Of a stretch of 64,000 bases of DNA, positions 43,446 to 53,676 are shown in pieces. The position numbers were made by a program, and so were the translations under genes. The notes beneath the pieces are model-generated. The model made no database searches. It saw only the letters and a program-made list of their open reading frames with translations, and had not been told where the DNA came from. Within the stretch, counting starts at the first letter, position 1, and each line of letters opens with the position of its first letter. Source of the stretch: an uncultured Bacilli bacterium (GTDB lineage Bacteria > Bacillota_I > Bacilli_A > RF39 > UBA660); the NCBI GenBank assembly GCA_934130165.1, contig CAKOXO010000005.1:6251-70250 (forward strand). Direction: 5' to 3'.

Positions 43446-44351
43446 TTACTCTCCTTCATCTTTGTATTCTCTTGGATGATATTTTTTATAATCTTCACTT
43501 ACTTTTTCATCACTTACATGAGTATATATTCTAGTTGTTGCTATATCACTGTGTCCTAATAACTCCTGTATACTTCTTAAATCAGCACCATACTTTAATA
43601 GATGTGTTGCAAAAGAATGTCGTAATGTGTGGGGTGATATATTTTCATCTAAACCCTGCTTTTTTAACAATACCTTTAAATTTTTAAAGAAACCTTGTCT
43701 AGTCATTCTTTTACCATGATTATTTAAAAACAAAGCATTACAGTTTTCTTTTTTTAACATACTTTTTCTTTGATCTAAGTATAGTTTAACATAATATATA
43801 CTATACTCTCCAAGAGGTACTATTCTTTCTTTATCACCTTTACCTGTAATTCTAACTATACAGTTAGGAAAATCAATATCACATATATCAAGGTTAATTA
43901 ATTCAGATACACGTAATCCAGTACCATACATTAATTCTAACATAGCCTTATTTCTATAGTCAAATATAGTAGATAAATTAATATCTAATAACTTTTTCAT
44001 ATCTTCTACACTAATAACCCTAGGAATCTTTTTTTGTATTTTAGGTCTTGAAATAGATATAGATACATCACTTTTTGTTATCTTGTTTCGATATAAGTAA
44101 GAATGGAAATTCTTAATAACTGTTAGATTGTGGGCAATAGTAGTAGTCTTATCATTATCATTATTTCTCTGTTTTAAAAATTCTTCTATACATTTACTAG
44201 AGATATCTTTAACATCAGTAATATTTAATTTTTGTAAAAATTGCTTATATACCCTTAAATCATATTCGTAAGATTTTCTAGTTTTATCGGAAAGTCCCTT
44301 TTCAAAAGTACAATAATTAATAAAATCATCTACTGCAACATCTATATCCAT
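43446..44351 (-). CDS. xerD: site-specific tyrosine recombinase XerD
   Basis: N-terminal SAM-like domain (FINYCTFEKGLSDKTRKSYEYDLRVYKQFL). Catalytic R...HxxR...Y residues (GLRVSEL, HTLRHSFATHLL, TRIYTH). It lies next to deoB as in the B. subtilis ripX region. Confidence 0.85.
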   Translation of the reverse strand: MDIDVAVDDFINYCTFEKGLSDKTRKSYEYDLRVYKQFLQKLNITDVKDISSKCIEEFLKQRNNDNDKTTTIAHNLTVIKNFHSYLYRNKITKSDVSISISRPKIQKKIPRVISVEDMKKLLDINLSTIFDYRNKAMLELMYGTGLRVSELINLDICDIDFPNCIVRITGKGDKERIVPLGEYSIYYVKLYLDQRKSMLKKENCNALFLNNHGKRMTRQGFFKNLKVLLKKQGLDENISPHTLRHSFATHLLKYGADLRSIQELLGHSDIATTRIYTHVSDEKVSEDYKKYHPREYKDEGE

Positions 44352-44420
44352 AATCTTCACCACATATATTATATAACAATATAACATTTTTTACAAAAAC
44401 AGATTTAAAATAATAAAATA

Positions 44421-44429
44421 TGGTATAAT
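44421..44429 (+). promoter_or_regulatory. extended -10 promoter element
   Basis: TGgTATAAT, 17 nt upstream of the rarA start. Confidence 0.45.
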
Positions 44430-44445
44430 ATTGTTGGTGATTTAT

Positions 44446-45663
44446 ATGAATAAACCTTTAGCTTTAAAACTTGCACCTAAATCAATAAAAGATGTAATAG
44501 GACAAACACATTTGATAGGCAAAGATAAAATTTTAACTAATTTGGTAAAAAATAAAAAAGTATTTTCAATGATCTTATATGGAAAACCAGGAATTGGAAA
44601 AACATCTATTGCCAATGCTATAGTTAATGATTTAGGAGTTAAATATCGTTTTTTAAATGCAACAATTAACAATAAAAAGGACTTTGATATAGTTATAGAA
44701 GAAGCAAAAATGTATGATGGTTTAGTTTTAATAATGGATGAGATTCATAGATTAAATAAAGATAAACAAGATTTATTGTTACCACAATTAGAAAGTGGTT
44801 TAATAACTTTAATTGGAATGACTACATCAAATCCTTATCATGCTATAAATCCTGCAATAAGAAGTAGATGTCAATTATTTGAATTAAAAGAATTATCAGA
44901 AAGTGATATTATAAAAGGAATTAATAAAGCTATTAAACATCCGGATTTAAATGGGATAAAAATAGATAAAAAAGCTATATCTTTAATCGCTAAACTTTCT
45001 GGGAATGATTTGCGTTATGCATATAACCTACTTGAAATAGCCTTTTATTCGACCACTGATAAAGTTATTACTGAAGATGTAATAAAATCCATTAATAACA
45101 GACCCGTCTTTTTTTCAGATAAAAATGGTGAGGGACATTATGATGTATTATCAGGTCTTCAAAAGTCAATTAGAGGCAGTGATATTGATGCAGCACTACA
45201 CTATTTAGGAAGATTAATAATCGAAGGAGATTTAGATTCAATATATAGAAGGCTTAGTGTAATAGCATATGAAGATATAGGTCTTGCTAACCCTGCAATT
45301 GGTCCAAGATTAGACTCAGCAATCAATGCAGCTGAAAGAGTTGGCTTACCCGAAGCTAGAATCCCTTTAGGAACAATTGTTGCAGAAATGGCTTTATCTC
45401 CAAAAAGTAATACCGCTCATATTGCTTTTGATGAAGCTATTAGAGAAATAGAAGATGGAAACGTAGGAACTATTCCTAAACATATAAAAACAAATGCTCA
45501 AGATTATAAATATCCTCACGATTATAAGGGTGCGTATGTAGTTCAACAATACCTACCTGATAGAATTAAAAACCAAAAGTACTATCATCCAAAAGATATT
45601 GGATATGAAAGACAATTAAAAGATATATATGAAAAATTAGAAAAAATAAAGAATGCCAGTTAG
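44446..45663 (+). CDS. rarA: replication-associated recombination protein A (RarA/MgsA AAA+ ATPase)
   Basis: LAPKSIKDVIGQTHLIG, Walker A ILYGKPGIGKTSIA, Walker B LIMDEIHR, and the C-terminal MgsA helical domain. Confidence 0.92.
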   Translation: MNKPLALKLAPKSIKDVIGQTHLIGKDKILTNLVKNKKVFSMILYGKPGIGKTSIANAIVNDLGVKYRFLNATINNKKDFDIVIEEAKMYDGLVLIMDEIHRLNKDKQDLLLPQLESGLITLIGMTTSNPYHAINPAIRSRCQLFELKELSESDIIKGINKAIKHPDLNGIKIDKKAISLIAKLSGNDLRYAYNLLEIAFYSTTDKVITEDVIKSINNRPVFFSDKNGEGHYDVLSGLQKSIRGSDIDAALHYLGRLIIEGDLDSIYRRLSVIAYEDIGLANPAIGPRLDSAINAAERVGLPEARIPLGTIVAEMALSPKSNTAHIAFDEAIREIEDGNVGTIPKHIKTNAQDYKYPHDYKGAYVVQQYLPDRIKNQKYYHPKDIGYERQLKDIYEKLEKIKNAS

Positions 45664-45674
45664 CATTCTTTTTA
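45648..45674. terminator. bidirectional terminator between convergent rarA and yneF
   Basis: Stem aaagaatgc / gcattcttt with loop cagtta. T-run on plus, A-run on minus. Confidence 0.7.
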
Positions 45675-45881
45675 CATATATTTTTGCATATTTTTCATCA
45701 TTTGATTAATTTGTTTTTGATTAGGTTTTCTACCCATTTGCATCATTAATCCCTTAATCATTTCTTCATTTATTGGTGGATTTTTCTTTAAATACTTTTT
45801 CATTAAAGTTCTAGCTACTATAAATCCTATTATTAATCCTATAATTAATCCTAATAAAACCATCAATATATCATGTAACAT
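45672..45881 (-). CDS. yneF: UPF0154 family membrane protein YneF
   Basis: 69 aa. TM helix followed by [35 protein letters not shown], the conserved UPF0154 signature. Confidence 0.85.
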   Translation of the reverse strand: MLHDILMVLLGLIIGLIIGFIVARTLMKKYLKKNPPINEEMIKGLMMQMGRKPNQKQINQMMKNMQKYM

Positions 45882-45923
45882 TTTATCATCTCCCTAATAA
45901 GTATTTTACTAAAATTTATACAC

Positions 45924-46349
45924 TTATACAAGGCTTTTTATTCCATCTATCCAAAAAAAATCTAAATATTCAAAATTGCAAGCAAAGAGATTACTATTTA
46001 TTTCACTTAAAATATCAAAAAAGTAAGAATCCCCATTTTCTATCTCTAGTTTTATATATGCCCTTTTTACTATTAATCTACTTATCTCATTTTTATAAAG
46101 ATTGTTTAGGTAATGAATATTATTTTTCTTACTATAATCCATTTTTTGATGGAATTTAATAAATATATAATTATCAACGTCATATTTATCAATACTATTT
46201 ACTAATTGATTAAATAGACTTTTTCCATATTTTATATCATCATCTTTTAAATAATATAATTGTTTTAAAATATTAAATAAAGATGATGGACTGTCCTTAT
46301 ATAAATATTTAAATTCAGGTTTTATATTAAAAATATAAAATACTCTCAT
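45924..46349 (-). CDS. sirA: sporulation inhibitor of replication SirA-like protein
   Basis: About 141 aa between tkt and yneF, the same position as B. subtilis sirA (yneE). N-terminal MRVFYIFNIKPEFKYLY parallels SirA MERHYYTYLIKEEFANHY. ATG at 46349 with RBS GGTGA. Confidence 0.5.
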   Translation of the reverse strand: MRVFYIFNIKPEFKYLYKDSPSSLFNILKQLYYLKDDDIKYGKSLFNQLVNSIDKYDVDNYIFIKFHQKMDYSKKNNIHYLNNLYKNEISRLIVKRAYIKLEIENGDSYFFDILSEINSNLFACNFEYLDFFWIDGIKSLV

Positions 46350-46406
46350 TCTAATCACCAAAATTATTATATTAGAATTAAGAGTATTTTTTTGTCGAAT
46401 AATATA

Positions 46407-48398
46407 TTATTTTAATAAATTTTCAACTTTTTCTTCTAAAGAATCAACATCGAATCCAAACTTTTTATATACATCTTCCCTACTGCCTGATAATCCGAAT
46501 TTATCTAAAGTTATTAGGTATTTGTCATTAAATACAATTCTATTCCATGGCATTGAAATACCAGCTTCAATAACTATTTTTCTAACTCCAACTGGTAGGA
46601 TTTCTTCTTTATAATCATCATTCATTGCTAGATATTTTTCCATACATGGCATGCTAACAACTCTAACGTCTATCCCTTTTATTTCTAGGCGTTTTGCAAC
46701 CTCAAGTGCAGAATGAACTTCTTCACCAGTTGAAATAATGATACCATCCATCTTTCTATTTGAATCCTTAAGGACATATGCACCATTTTGAATTTCATTT
46801 GCTTTAGCGTTTTCTAAAATAGGTAAATCCGTTTTAGAAAGACATATAACAGATACACCTTTAGATTTCTTTAATACTGTTTTATATGTTCCTATTACCT
46901 CATTTGCATCTGCTGGTCTATAAACTTCTACATTAGGTATAGCTCTTAGCTGTGTTAACTGTTCAATTGGCATATGAGTAGTACCATCTTCCCCTAAACT
47001 AATTGAATCGTGAGTGAAAATGTAAATAATAGGTAAATTAAGCATTGCAGCCATTCTAATAGCTGGGAATAAATATGTAGAGAATGCTAAAAATGTAGAA
47101 CCATAAACTCTAAATCCACATAAAGCTAATCCGTTTAGAATAGATCCCATTGCATGTTCTCTAACTCCAAAATAGATATTGGTACCTAAGTAGTTTTTAC
47201 TAGAATAATTTCCACCATCTTCAATATATGTTTTGTTACTGGCAAATAAATCAGCGCTGCCTCCTAACATATATGGATTATCTTTAACTATAGAGTTAAG
47301 AATTTTTGATGATGTATTTCTAGGAGACTCAATACTATCTTCAGGTTCATTATATTGAAGTTCTTTAAAAGGAATCGCTTTATCATTTCCCATAAGAAAT
47401 TTTAATTCGCCTTTGATATCTTCTGGAAGATTTTCTACCTTTTTATTAAATTCCTCTTCTACATTTTGGCATCTTTCATTTATTAAGTATTGGAAATCTT
47501 CTATAGTATCACTTGAAACATTAAATGTAATATCTCTAACCTTTAATTTTTCCTTTATATTAGTTGTATCTTCTTCTGATAATTTAGCACCATGGATTTT
47601 ATTAGTTCCCTCGTATGCTGAATATTTACCTATAGTTGTTTTAACCTCAATAATAGTTGGTTTATCGGTACTTTTTTTAGCATCATCTATCGCCTTAGAG
47701 ATTGCGTTATAATCTTCTCCATCCAAAACCTTTATATAATTAAAACCAATCGCTTCAAATCTCATTTGAATATCTTCTTTAAAAGATAAATCTTTACTAC
47801 CATCTAGGGTAATATCATTTGAATCATATAAAATTATTAGCTTATTTAATTTATTTAATCCTGCAAGTGAAAGTGCTTCGTAACTCACACCTTCCATTAA
47901 ATCTCCATCACTACACAATACATATGTATTAAAATCAATTAAATTTTTGGAATGCTTATTATATTTTTCACGAAGTTTAGCCTCAGCCATAGCAAAACCA
48001 ACGGCAGTAGCTATTCCTTGACCTAAAGGTCCTGTTGTCATATCAACCCCTGGAGTAACACCTAATTCAGGATGACCAGGGGTTTTAGAATTAATTTTTC
48101 TAAATGATTTTAAATCATCTATTTCTAAATCAAATCCTGCCATATATAGTGTTGCATAAAGTAGTGCAGAACCATGACCTGCTGACATTATAAACCTATC
48201 TCTATTATAGTAATTTGGATTCATAGGATTAATTCTAATGTGTTTTGCATATAAACTATACAAAATAGGTGCTGCCCCTAGAGTTATTCCTGGATGTCCA
48301 GTACCAGCTTCATTTATCATATCAATTCCTAATGCTCTAATTTGGTTAATAATTTTGATATCATTTATAGGATTGTCATTATTTTTTATTAGTCTCAT
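46407..48398 (-). CDS. tkt: transketolase
   Basis: 663 aa with the ThDP-binding motif (GHPG...GPLGQGIA...GDGDLMEGVS), a Pyr domain and a C-terminal domain. Confidence 0.95.
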   Translation of the reverse strand: MRLIKNNDNPINDIKIINQIRALGIDMINEAGTGHPGITLGAAPILYSLYAKHIRINPMNPNYYNRDRFIMSAGHGSALLYATLYMAGFDLEIDDLKSFRKINSKTPGHPELGVTPGVDMTTGPLGQGIATAVGFAMAEAKLREKYNKHSKNLIDFNTYVLCSDGDLMEGVSYEALSLAGLNKLNKLIILYDSNDITLDGSKDLSFKEDIQMRFEAIGFNYIKVLDGEDYNAISKAIDDAKKSTDKPTIIEVKTTIGKYSAYEGTNKIHGAKLSEEDTTNIKEKLKVRDITFNVSSDTIEDFQYLINERCQNVEEEFNKKVENLPEDIKGELKFLMGNDKAIPFKELQYNEPEDSIESPRNTSSKILNSIVKDNPYMLGGSADLFASNKTYIEDGGNYSSKNYLGTNIYFGVREHAMGSILNGLALCGFRVYGSTFLAFSTYLFPAIRMAAMLNLPIIYIFTHDSISLGEDGTTHMPIEQLTQLRAIPNVEVYRPADANEVIGTYKTVLKKSKGVSVICLSKTDLPILENAKANEIQNGAYVLKDSNRKMDGIIISTGEEVHSALEVAKRLEIKGIDVRVVSMPCMEKYLAMNDDYKEEILPVGVRKIVIEAGISMPWNRIVFNDKYLITLDKFGLSGSREDVYKKFGFDVDSLEEKVENLLK

Positions 48399-48426
48399 AA
48401 ATTCACTCCTTGTATAATTATATTAT

Positions 48427-50145
48427 CTACCCCACCATAGCTGCAAATTGCTGCATAGTTGTATTTTTATAAATTGGATATCTAGGTACTTTATATTTAT
48501 CATCACTCCTAGATGCTTTTCTGTTACCACCAACAAATGACATAGCAAAACCAGCTTCTTTTACTACCTCAATTGATTTTTGATCATAAGTATAGAACGG
48601 AAAGCAAAATGAGGTCTTATCACCTATTACGTTTATAGATTTGTTTAAATCATTAAGTAACTCATCATGGCTTGCACAAATAACTTGTGGCCTTCCACAC
48701 GTACCAGTATTATGCATATCAAAGGTATGAGATTGAATATCTAGATTTGGTGAACGATAATTATTTATATCCCACCAACCAGTTATTAAAAATAAAGTTG
48801 CATGCATATTATATTCTTCAATTATAGGTATTAGTTTATTACCATTATGTTTTCCTGTACCAGCTGCCCCATCATCTACAGTAATTAATACGCTTTTTGC
48901 TGGAACATCTATCTCACCATATAACCATTGTTTAAATTCTTTTATTGTCAAAGTTTTATAACCATTATTTTTCAAGTAATCTAGTTGTTCTCTAAAGTTT
49001 TTTGTATCAAGACAAATATTTTCATTACATGCTTCTCCAGCGGATGCATCATAGAAGAAATGATAGTTTAAAACTGCTACTTTTCCACCACCACTATTAG
49101 ATGCTGAATTAAATTGAGCCTCCACTTTTTCTTCAACATGATCACCCAAAACCATATGAATAAAATCATTTAGTGTGGTTTTTACTTTTACATTATATCT
49201 AGATAATTCACTAAGTTTGCTTTCTTTAGTTGTTTTATTATTATTATCAATAAATTTAACTTCATCATTAGAATTAACTATATTTAAACAATTATTGTAC
49301 TTAGTATTAATCGATTGAACTTCTGCTGTATCATTAGGTGTAATTAATAATATGGCTTTCTTTTTTAATCTAATATTACCTGCTAACCAATTTTTATATT
49401 CGTTAAATGTAATAGTATAATATCCATTTGTTGTTAAATAATTCATTTGTTCTTCAAAACTTGACATATTAACACAATTAGTATCATTACATTTATTTGC
49501 AATTACATTATAATTTATTACACTTATATAATCATTTTCTTCTTCTGTTGATACCTTTTCTTTATTTTCTTTAATAGTTTTTAAATCACCTTTGTTAACG
49601 CTAAATATTTTATTTAGATACTCAACATAATATTTATCATTATCAATAAATTTCAATTGAAAGCTTCCACCATCATTTAACTTTATTATTTCATTATCAT
49701 CTAAATTTAACTTAGTATTTTTCTTTGTTATAACTGTTTTATCTAAATTTATATAATTACTATACTTATCATCATTTACTAATTCTTTTATTTTTTTAAC
49801 ATCTTTGTAAAAAAGATAATAATTAGTTTCTTTTATTTTAAAATATTTATTTTCTTTATTTTTATTTTTTTCTATTTCTACATCAATACCTTTTTTTATT
49901 GTTCCCTTTATTTGATTTTTCTTATTATACAATTTAGCGTTTTTATTTAAAGTAACATATTTATTATAAGAATTATTTATCTCCTTGATAAGTTCTTTTT
50001 TTTCTCTTGCAAGTTTTTCTTTATGATATTTAACTCCTAATACAGTTCCAGTAACAATTAAAACAATAGCAGTTATTGCTACTATAATTATTATATGTTT
50101 TTCATTTATTTTTCTTTGTACTTCCAATCTCTTTTTTATTTTCAT
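48427..50145 (-). CDS. polysaccharide deacetylase family protein (NodB domain) with N-terminal membrane anchor and tandem NodB-like repeat
   Basis: ATG at 50145 with RBS GGTGA. One TM helix. C-terminal NodB motifs LITVDDGAAG...HTFDMH. An upstream degenerate copy (ITFNEYKNWLAGNI...LLITPND) lacks the DDG motif. Confidence 0.75.
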   Translation of the reverse strand: MKIKKRLEVQRKINEKHIIIIVAITAIVLIVTGTVLGVKYHKEKLAREKKELIKEINNSYNKYVTLNKNAKLYNKKNQIKGTIKKGIDVEIEKNKNKENKYFKIKETNYYLFYKDVKKIKELVNDDKYSNYINLDKTVITKKNTKLNLDDNEIIKLNDGGSFQLKFIDNDKYYVEYLNKIFSVNKGDLKTIKENKEKVSTEEENDYISVINYNVIANKCNDTNCVNMSSFEEQMNYLTTNGYYTITFNEYKNWLAGNIRLKKKAILLITPNDTAEVQSINTKYNNCLNIVNSNDEVKFIDNNNKTTKESKLSELSRYNVKVKTTLNDFIHMVLGDHVEEKVEAQFNSASNSGGGKVAVLNYHFFYDASAGEACNENICLDTKNFREQLDYLKNNGYKTLTIKEFKQWLYGEIDVPAKSVLITVDDGAAGTGKHNGNKLIPIIEEYNMHATLFLITGWWDINNYRSPNLDIQSHTFDMHNTGTCGRPQVICASHDELLNDLNKSINVIGDKTSFCFPFYTYDQKSIEVVKEAGFAMSFVGGNRKASRSDDKYKVPRYPIYKNTTMQQFAAMVG

Positions 50146-50274
50146 TATAATCACCCACTCATACCACACATACTATACATTAATATTATATATCATATTT
50201 TATAAATATGAAAGGAATATTTATAATTATTAATTATGAAAAAATCCTTATCTCAAATTTGATAAGGAATATAG

Positions 50275-51621
50275 TTATTTTTTAGAATATTCTACAATAT
50301 TGTACCAAGTTACTGGTTCTATAACACCTGTTGTATCTAAGTTATAAAGTGATTGTATTTTCATAACAGATTTTTCCATTATATCATCAAAAATACCGCT
50401 TACTCTTACTCCTGGAATGTTTTTAAATTTTTGACAAATCTTTAGAAGAAACTTTTGAATAGTTTTTACATCATCTCCTGTCATACCTAAAGCTAGAATT
50501 CTACCTGGAAAAAGCTCATCTTCATATATAGCATATTCCTTTGGAATATTATTAATAGTATTTACATAAACTTGGATAATTTTATCCCATGTATCAGCAT
50601 CAACCTCACCAGTAGTAGGTAATCCATATTTTTTCTGAAAGTTTATAACCATAGCTTTTGTGTTATCATTAAATGTTCCATTAACTCTTAATGAAGGTAA
50701 GTCATTATCAAAATACGATATAACTTGCAAAACATAGTGAAGAACTTGTACACCAATCCCTGTGTCTGAATATTTCAATTCATTTCCATAGTCAAAGATT
50801 GCTTCATCCTCACCAATACCTTCCGAATAAATATCATTAACTTTTTTTACAGCATTATAAATATACTTTATTTTATACCATGTTGAATAATCAACTATTC
50901 CATTAACGTTTAAGTTAAATATTTCTTGGAATTTTTTCACACTATCTTCTGTATATTTACCAAAAACACCATTTATTCTAGGAATTTTAGGTATTGCTGG
51001 ATAATTATTTGCAATTCTATTTAATTCTCTTTGAATTACTCTTACTTTATCTCCCGCGTTTCCTAGCTTTATAGGATATCCTGGATAAGCTCCGAATTGT
51101 TCGCCTGTAGGAGCATTTTCAAAAATATTAACATCATTTCCATAATAATATCTCAATATTTCAAGTGGAGTTTTATTCTGTTTTGCTAAATCAACACTAC
51201 CCCACTGTGAAAGACCGTTGCAAGTTGTTTTTTTACCATCACAGTATACAGCATTTAAAGGTTGAATTTGTCCTTCTCTATAAATATAATTATTAAATAT
51301 TTCATCTACCTTTCTGGAAATAATATCAAATATTTGTCTATCTTCAGTAAATGATTGATCATAAGATGGAAGGGATGTTATATCAAAAGTATAACCTCTA
51401 CTAGGATACCATTCATTATATATTCTATTTAGCACAAAAGAAATTTGAGCTAAAATATTAGCTTCTATTGCACTCTCTGGCCAAGTTGGATAAATTTCAT
51501 TTGATGCTACATTTTTTATATAATCAATGAATGAAATACTAATATTTTTACTAGCCTCATTAGGTGCACCCAAATGAACAACTATCTCTGTAGGAATAGT
51601 CGGATAATTAACACTAGCCAT
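50275..51621 (-). CDS. SpoIID/LytB-domain protein with two peptidoglycan-binding (PG_binding_1) domains
   Basis: YIKNVASNEIYPTWPESAIEANILAQISFVLNRI matches the SpoIID/LytB signature. Two repeats of GxxGDxVxxIQxxLNxI...G.FG..T...V..FQ....L..(N/T)G.....TW. ATG at 51621 with RBS GGGAGGAA, overlapping the upstream gene's stop (ATGGCTAG). Confidence 0.65.
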   Translation of the reverse strand: MASVNYPTIPTEIVVHLGAPNEASKNISISFIDYIKNVASNEIYPTWPESAIEANILAQISFVLNRIYNEWYPSRGYTFDITSLPSYDQSFTEDRQIFDIISRKVDEIFNNYIYREGQIQPLNAVYCDGKKTTCNGLSQWGSVDLAKQNKTPLEILRYYYGNDVNIFENAPTGEQFGAYPGYPIKLGNAGDKVRVIQRELNRIANNYPAIPKIPRINGVFGKYTEDSVKKFQEIFNLNVNGIVDYSTWYKIKYIYNAVKKVNDIYSEGIGEDEAIFDYGNELKYSDTGIGVQVLHYVLQVISYFDNDLPSLRVNGTFNDNTKAMVINFQKKYGLPTTGEVDADTWDKIIQVYVNTINNIPKEYAIYEDELFPGRILALGMTGDDVKTIQKFLLKICQKFKNIPGVRVSGIFDDIMEKSVMKIQSLYNLDTTGVIEPVTWYNIVEYSKK

Positions 51622-52021
51622 TATTAATTCCTCCCATTTCCTCACCCATTGTTGAAATTCTAATAGGTTGTATTACTTTTAAGTCATCAAAAATTCCTAT
51701 TTGGTAGTCTTTTGTTATATCACTTTTCGGGTATGTAATTGTTAACATATAATCAGTATAAATAATATCACTAGCTTCTTCTACATCTTTCTTTGATGGT
51801 TTAGCAGGTAATATAATATTATCTATAATGCCACTATTATCGGTAGTTCCTTTAAAAAATACTACCTTATCTCCATTAATTTCTTTCCATATTTCAACCT
51901 CAACTCCCGATAAGGGAAAAGCCTGATTAGCACCTGATACTTGAACTTTCAAAATTCCTGTTTTAGAATTTTCTGATGCAAAGTCAGGATAGCTCTCACT
52001 ACTATAAGTTTTCTCTTTCAT
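51614..52021 (-). CDS. hypothetical protein (135 aa), translationally coupled to the SpoIID-like gene
   Basis: Its stop TAG overlaps the ATG of the downstream gene. Predicted beta-rich sequence (KVQVSGANQAFPLSGVEVEIWKEINGDKVVFFKGTTDNSG), possibly carboxypeptidase-regulatory-like. No clear RBS. Confidence 0.4.
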   Translation of the reverse strand: MKEKTYSSESYPDFASENSKTGILKVQVSGANQAFPLSGVEVEIWKEINGDKVVFFKGTTDNSGIIDNIILPAKPSKKDVEEASDIIYTDYMLTITYPKSDITKDYQIGIFDDLKVIQPIRISTMGEEMGGINNG

Positions 52022-52112
52022 AACAATAAATAATTAACTACTATATTTGACAGTAAGAGAGATTTTACATAGTTATCAATTATAATAGTCAAACTCCTTT
52101 ACTTTTTTCTCT

Positions 52113-52946
52113 CTATATAAGTAATTCTTGCCCTATGCTTAATAAATTACTCTTTAAATTATTTTTCTGTTTTATAGCATCTGCGGTCGTTCCAAATTGT
52201 TTAGCAATACTATATAGACTATCTCCTTTTTTTACAGTATATGTAATAGTATTTGTAGGTATTTTCAATACTTGATTTAATGATAAATTATTACTAGTTA
52301 AATTATTTAGACTTTTTATCTTACTAACGGTAGTACCAAACTTTTTAGCAATACTATATAAATTATCACCACTTTTTACAGTATAGTTTATATAATCTTC
52401 AGCTGCAGAAAAATCCTCTCCATAACATTCTTCTATTGAAGAAATACCGGTATTATCCTCAATTAATAATGTTTGTCCTATAGTTAAAGTATTACTATCC
52501 ATATTGTTATCTTTCTTTATCTTATCTACCGTAGTACCAAATTTTTTAGCAATACCATACAAATTATCTCCTTTTTCTACTGTATATGAGGCATATTTAC
52601 TAATATTAGAACTACTACCATCACTATCATCCATATAACATGGAATCTTTAATTTTTGTCCTATACTTAGTAAATTACTAGTTAAATTATTATATCTTTT
52701 TATAGCATCTGCAGTACTATCATATTTTTTAGCAATACTATATAAGCTATCTCCTTTTTTTACAGTATATGTTACACATTCTGAAGGATTAGAATCACTA
52801 TTTTCAGAAATTATAAGAACTTGAGATGGATAAATAATATCGTTTTCTAAATTATTTAATTCTCTTATTCTTTGTGCACTCATATTATATTGTTTAGATA
52901 TACCATATAATGTATCTCCCGGTTGTACAACATATGTATTATTCAT
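52113..52946 (-). CDS. LysM-repeat protein (five LysM domains)
   Basis: Five repeats of Y-T/V-V-K/Q-x-G-D-(S/N/T)-L-Y-(S/G)-I-(A/S)-K-(K/Q)-(Y/F)...N-N-L. RBS GAGAGGAG. Confidence 0.85.
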   Translation of the reverse strand: MNNTYVVQPGDTLYGISKQYNMSAQRIRELNNLENDIIYPSQVLIISENSDSNPSECVTYTVKKGDSLYSIAKKYDSTADAIKRYNNLTSNLLSIGQKLKIPCYMDDSDGSSSNISKYASYTVEKGDNLYGIAKKFGTTVDKIKKDNNMDSNTLTIGQTLLIEDNTGISSIEECYGEDFSAAEDYINYTVKSGDNLYSIAKKFGTTVSKIKSLNNLTSNNLSLNQVLKIPTNTITYTVKKGDSLYSIAKQFGTTADAIKQKNNLKSNLLSIGQELLI

Positions 52947-53057
52947 AATATTACTCCTCTCATTAATTTATATGACATTAAAAAAAATCAATTCTAAAAA
53001 ATGAATTGATTTTATACATAATTGGCTCTGTTATACTATATAAAGTAATTATCTATT

Positions 53058-53312
53058 TTAAATTGTTCTTTTCTTTATTTTTCCTAGTCTTTTACAAAAT
53101 GGCTTTGGTTTACTATACACGATATTATTAATTTTATTTTCCATTCTATTTTTGCGTTCTTCCTTTGTTTCTCCAGCTATGTAATATCCATGTGTTGTTC
53201 TAATTTTGGTTCCTTTTTTAACTCTTATAAATGATTTATCTCCACCGCCTATCATAACAGGAACTGTATCATTGCTTCTATATTTACTCATTTTATTATT
53301 TTTAAAATTCAT
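53058..53312 (-). CDS. hypothetical basic protein (84 aa)
   Basis: Strong RBS AGGAGGGTG. Lys/Arg-rich. No recognisable family. Confidence 0.5.
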   Translation of the reverse strand: MNFKNNKMSKYRSNDTVPVMIGGGDKSFIRVKKGTKIRTTHGYYIAGETKEERKNRMENKINNIVYSKPKPFCKRLGKIKKRTI

Positions 53313-53370
53313 TATATTACACCCTCCTATTTCTTATTAACTTTGACTATTTATTTTTTTAGTTTTCAAC

Positions 53371-53676
53371 TCATTTTTTTCTAATCATGTATATTTTTAC
53401 TAGAAAATATACAGCAATCACACCTAAAATTAAATAATATATCCATCCTCCCACAAACAGTAAAAGTAATCCACCTACAAACACTTCCTCAAATGCATCT
53501 GATACAGACAATGGTTCTTCTAAAGGTTCACAATCAAATATACACAAAATATTTTCATGAGTACCAACAAGTGATATTGCCTTTATGCTAAGAAATATAC
53601 CCGGAATTAGGCAAAACAATAGAATGATATTTAGTCGTTTTTGATAATATTCTTCATTTTTATCAATCTTTTTCAT
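53371..53676 (-). CDS. hypothetical small membrane protein
   Basis: Two predicted TM helices. The start is ambiguous (the track start is TTG). Lies at the edge of a 650 nt non-coding region. Confidence 0.4.
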   Translation of the reverse strand: MKKIDKNEEYYQKRLNIILLFCLIPGIFLSIKAISLVGTHENILCIFDCEPLEEPLSVSDAFEEVFVGGLLLLFVGGWIYYLILGVIAVYFLVKIYMIRKK

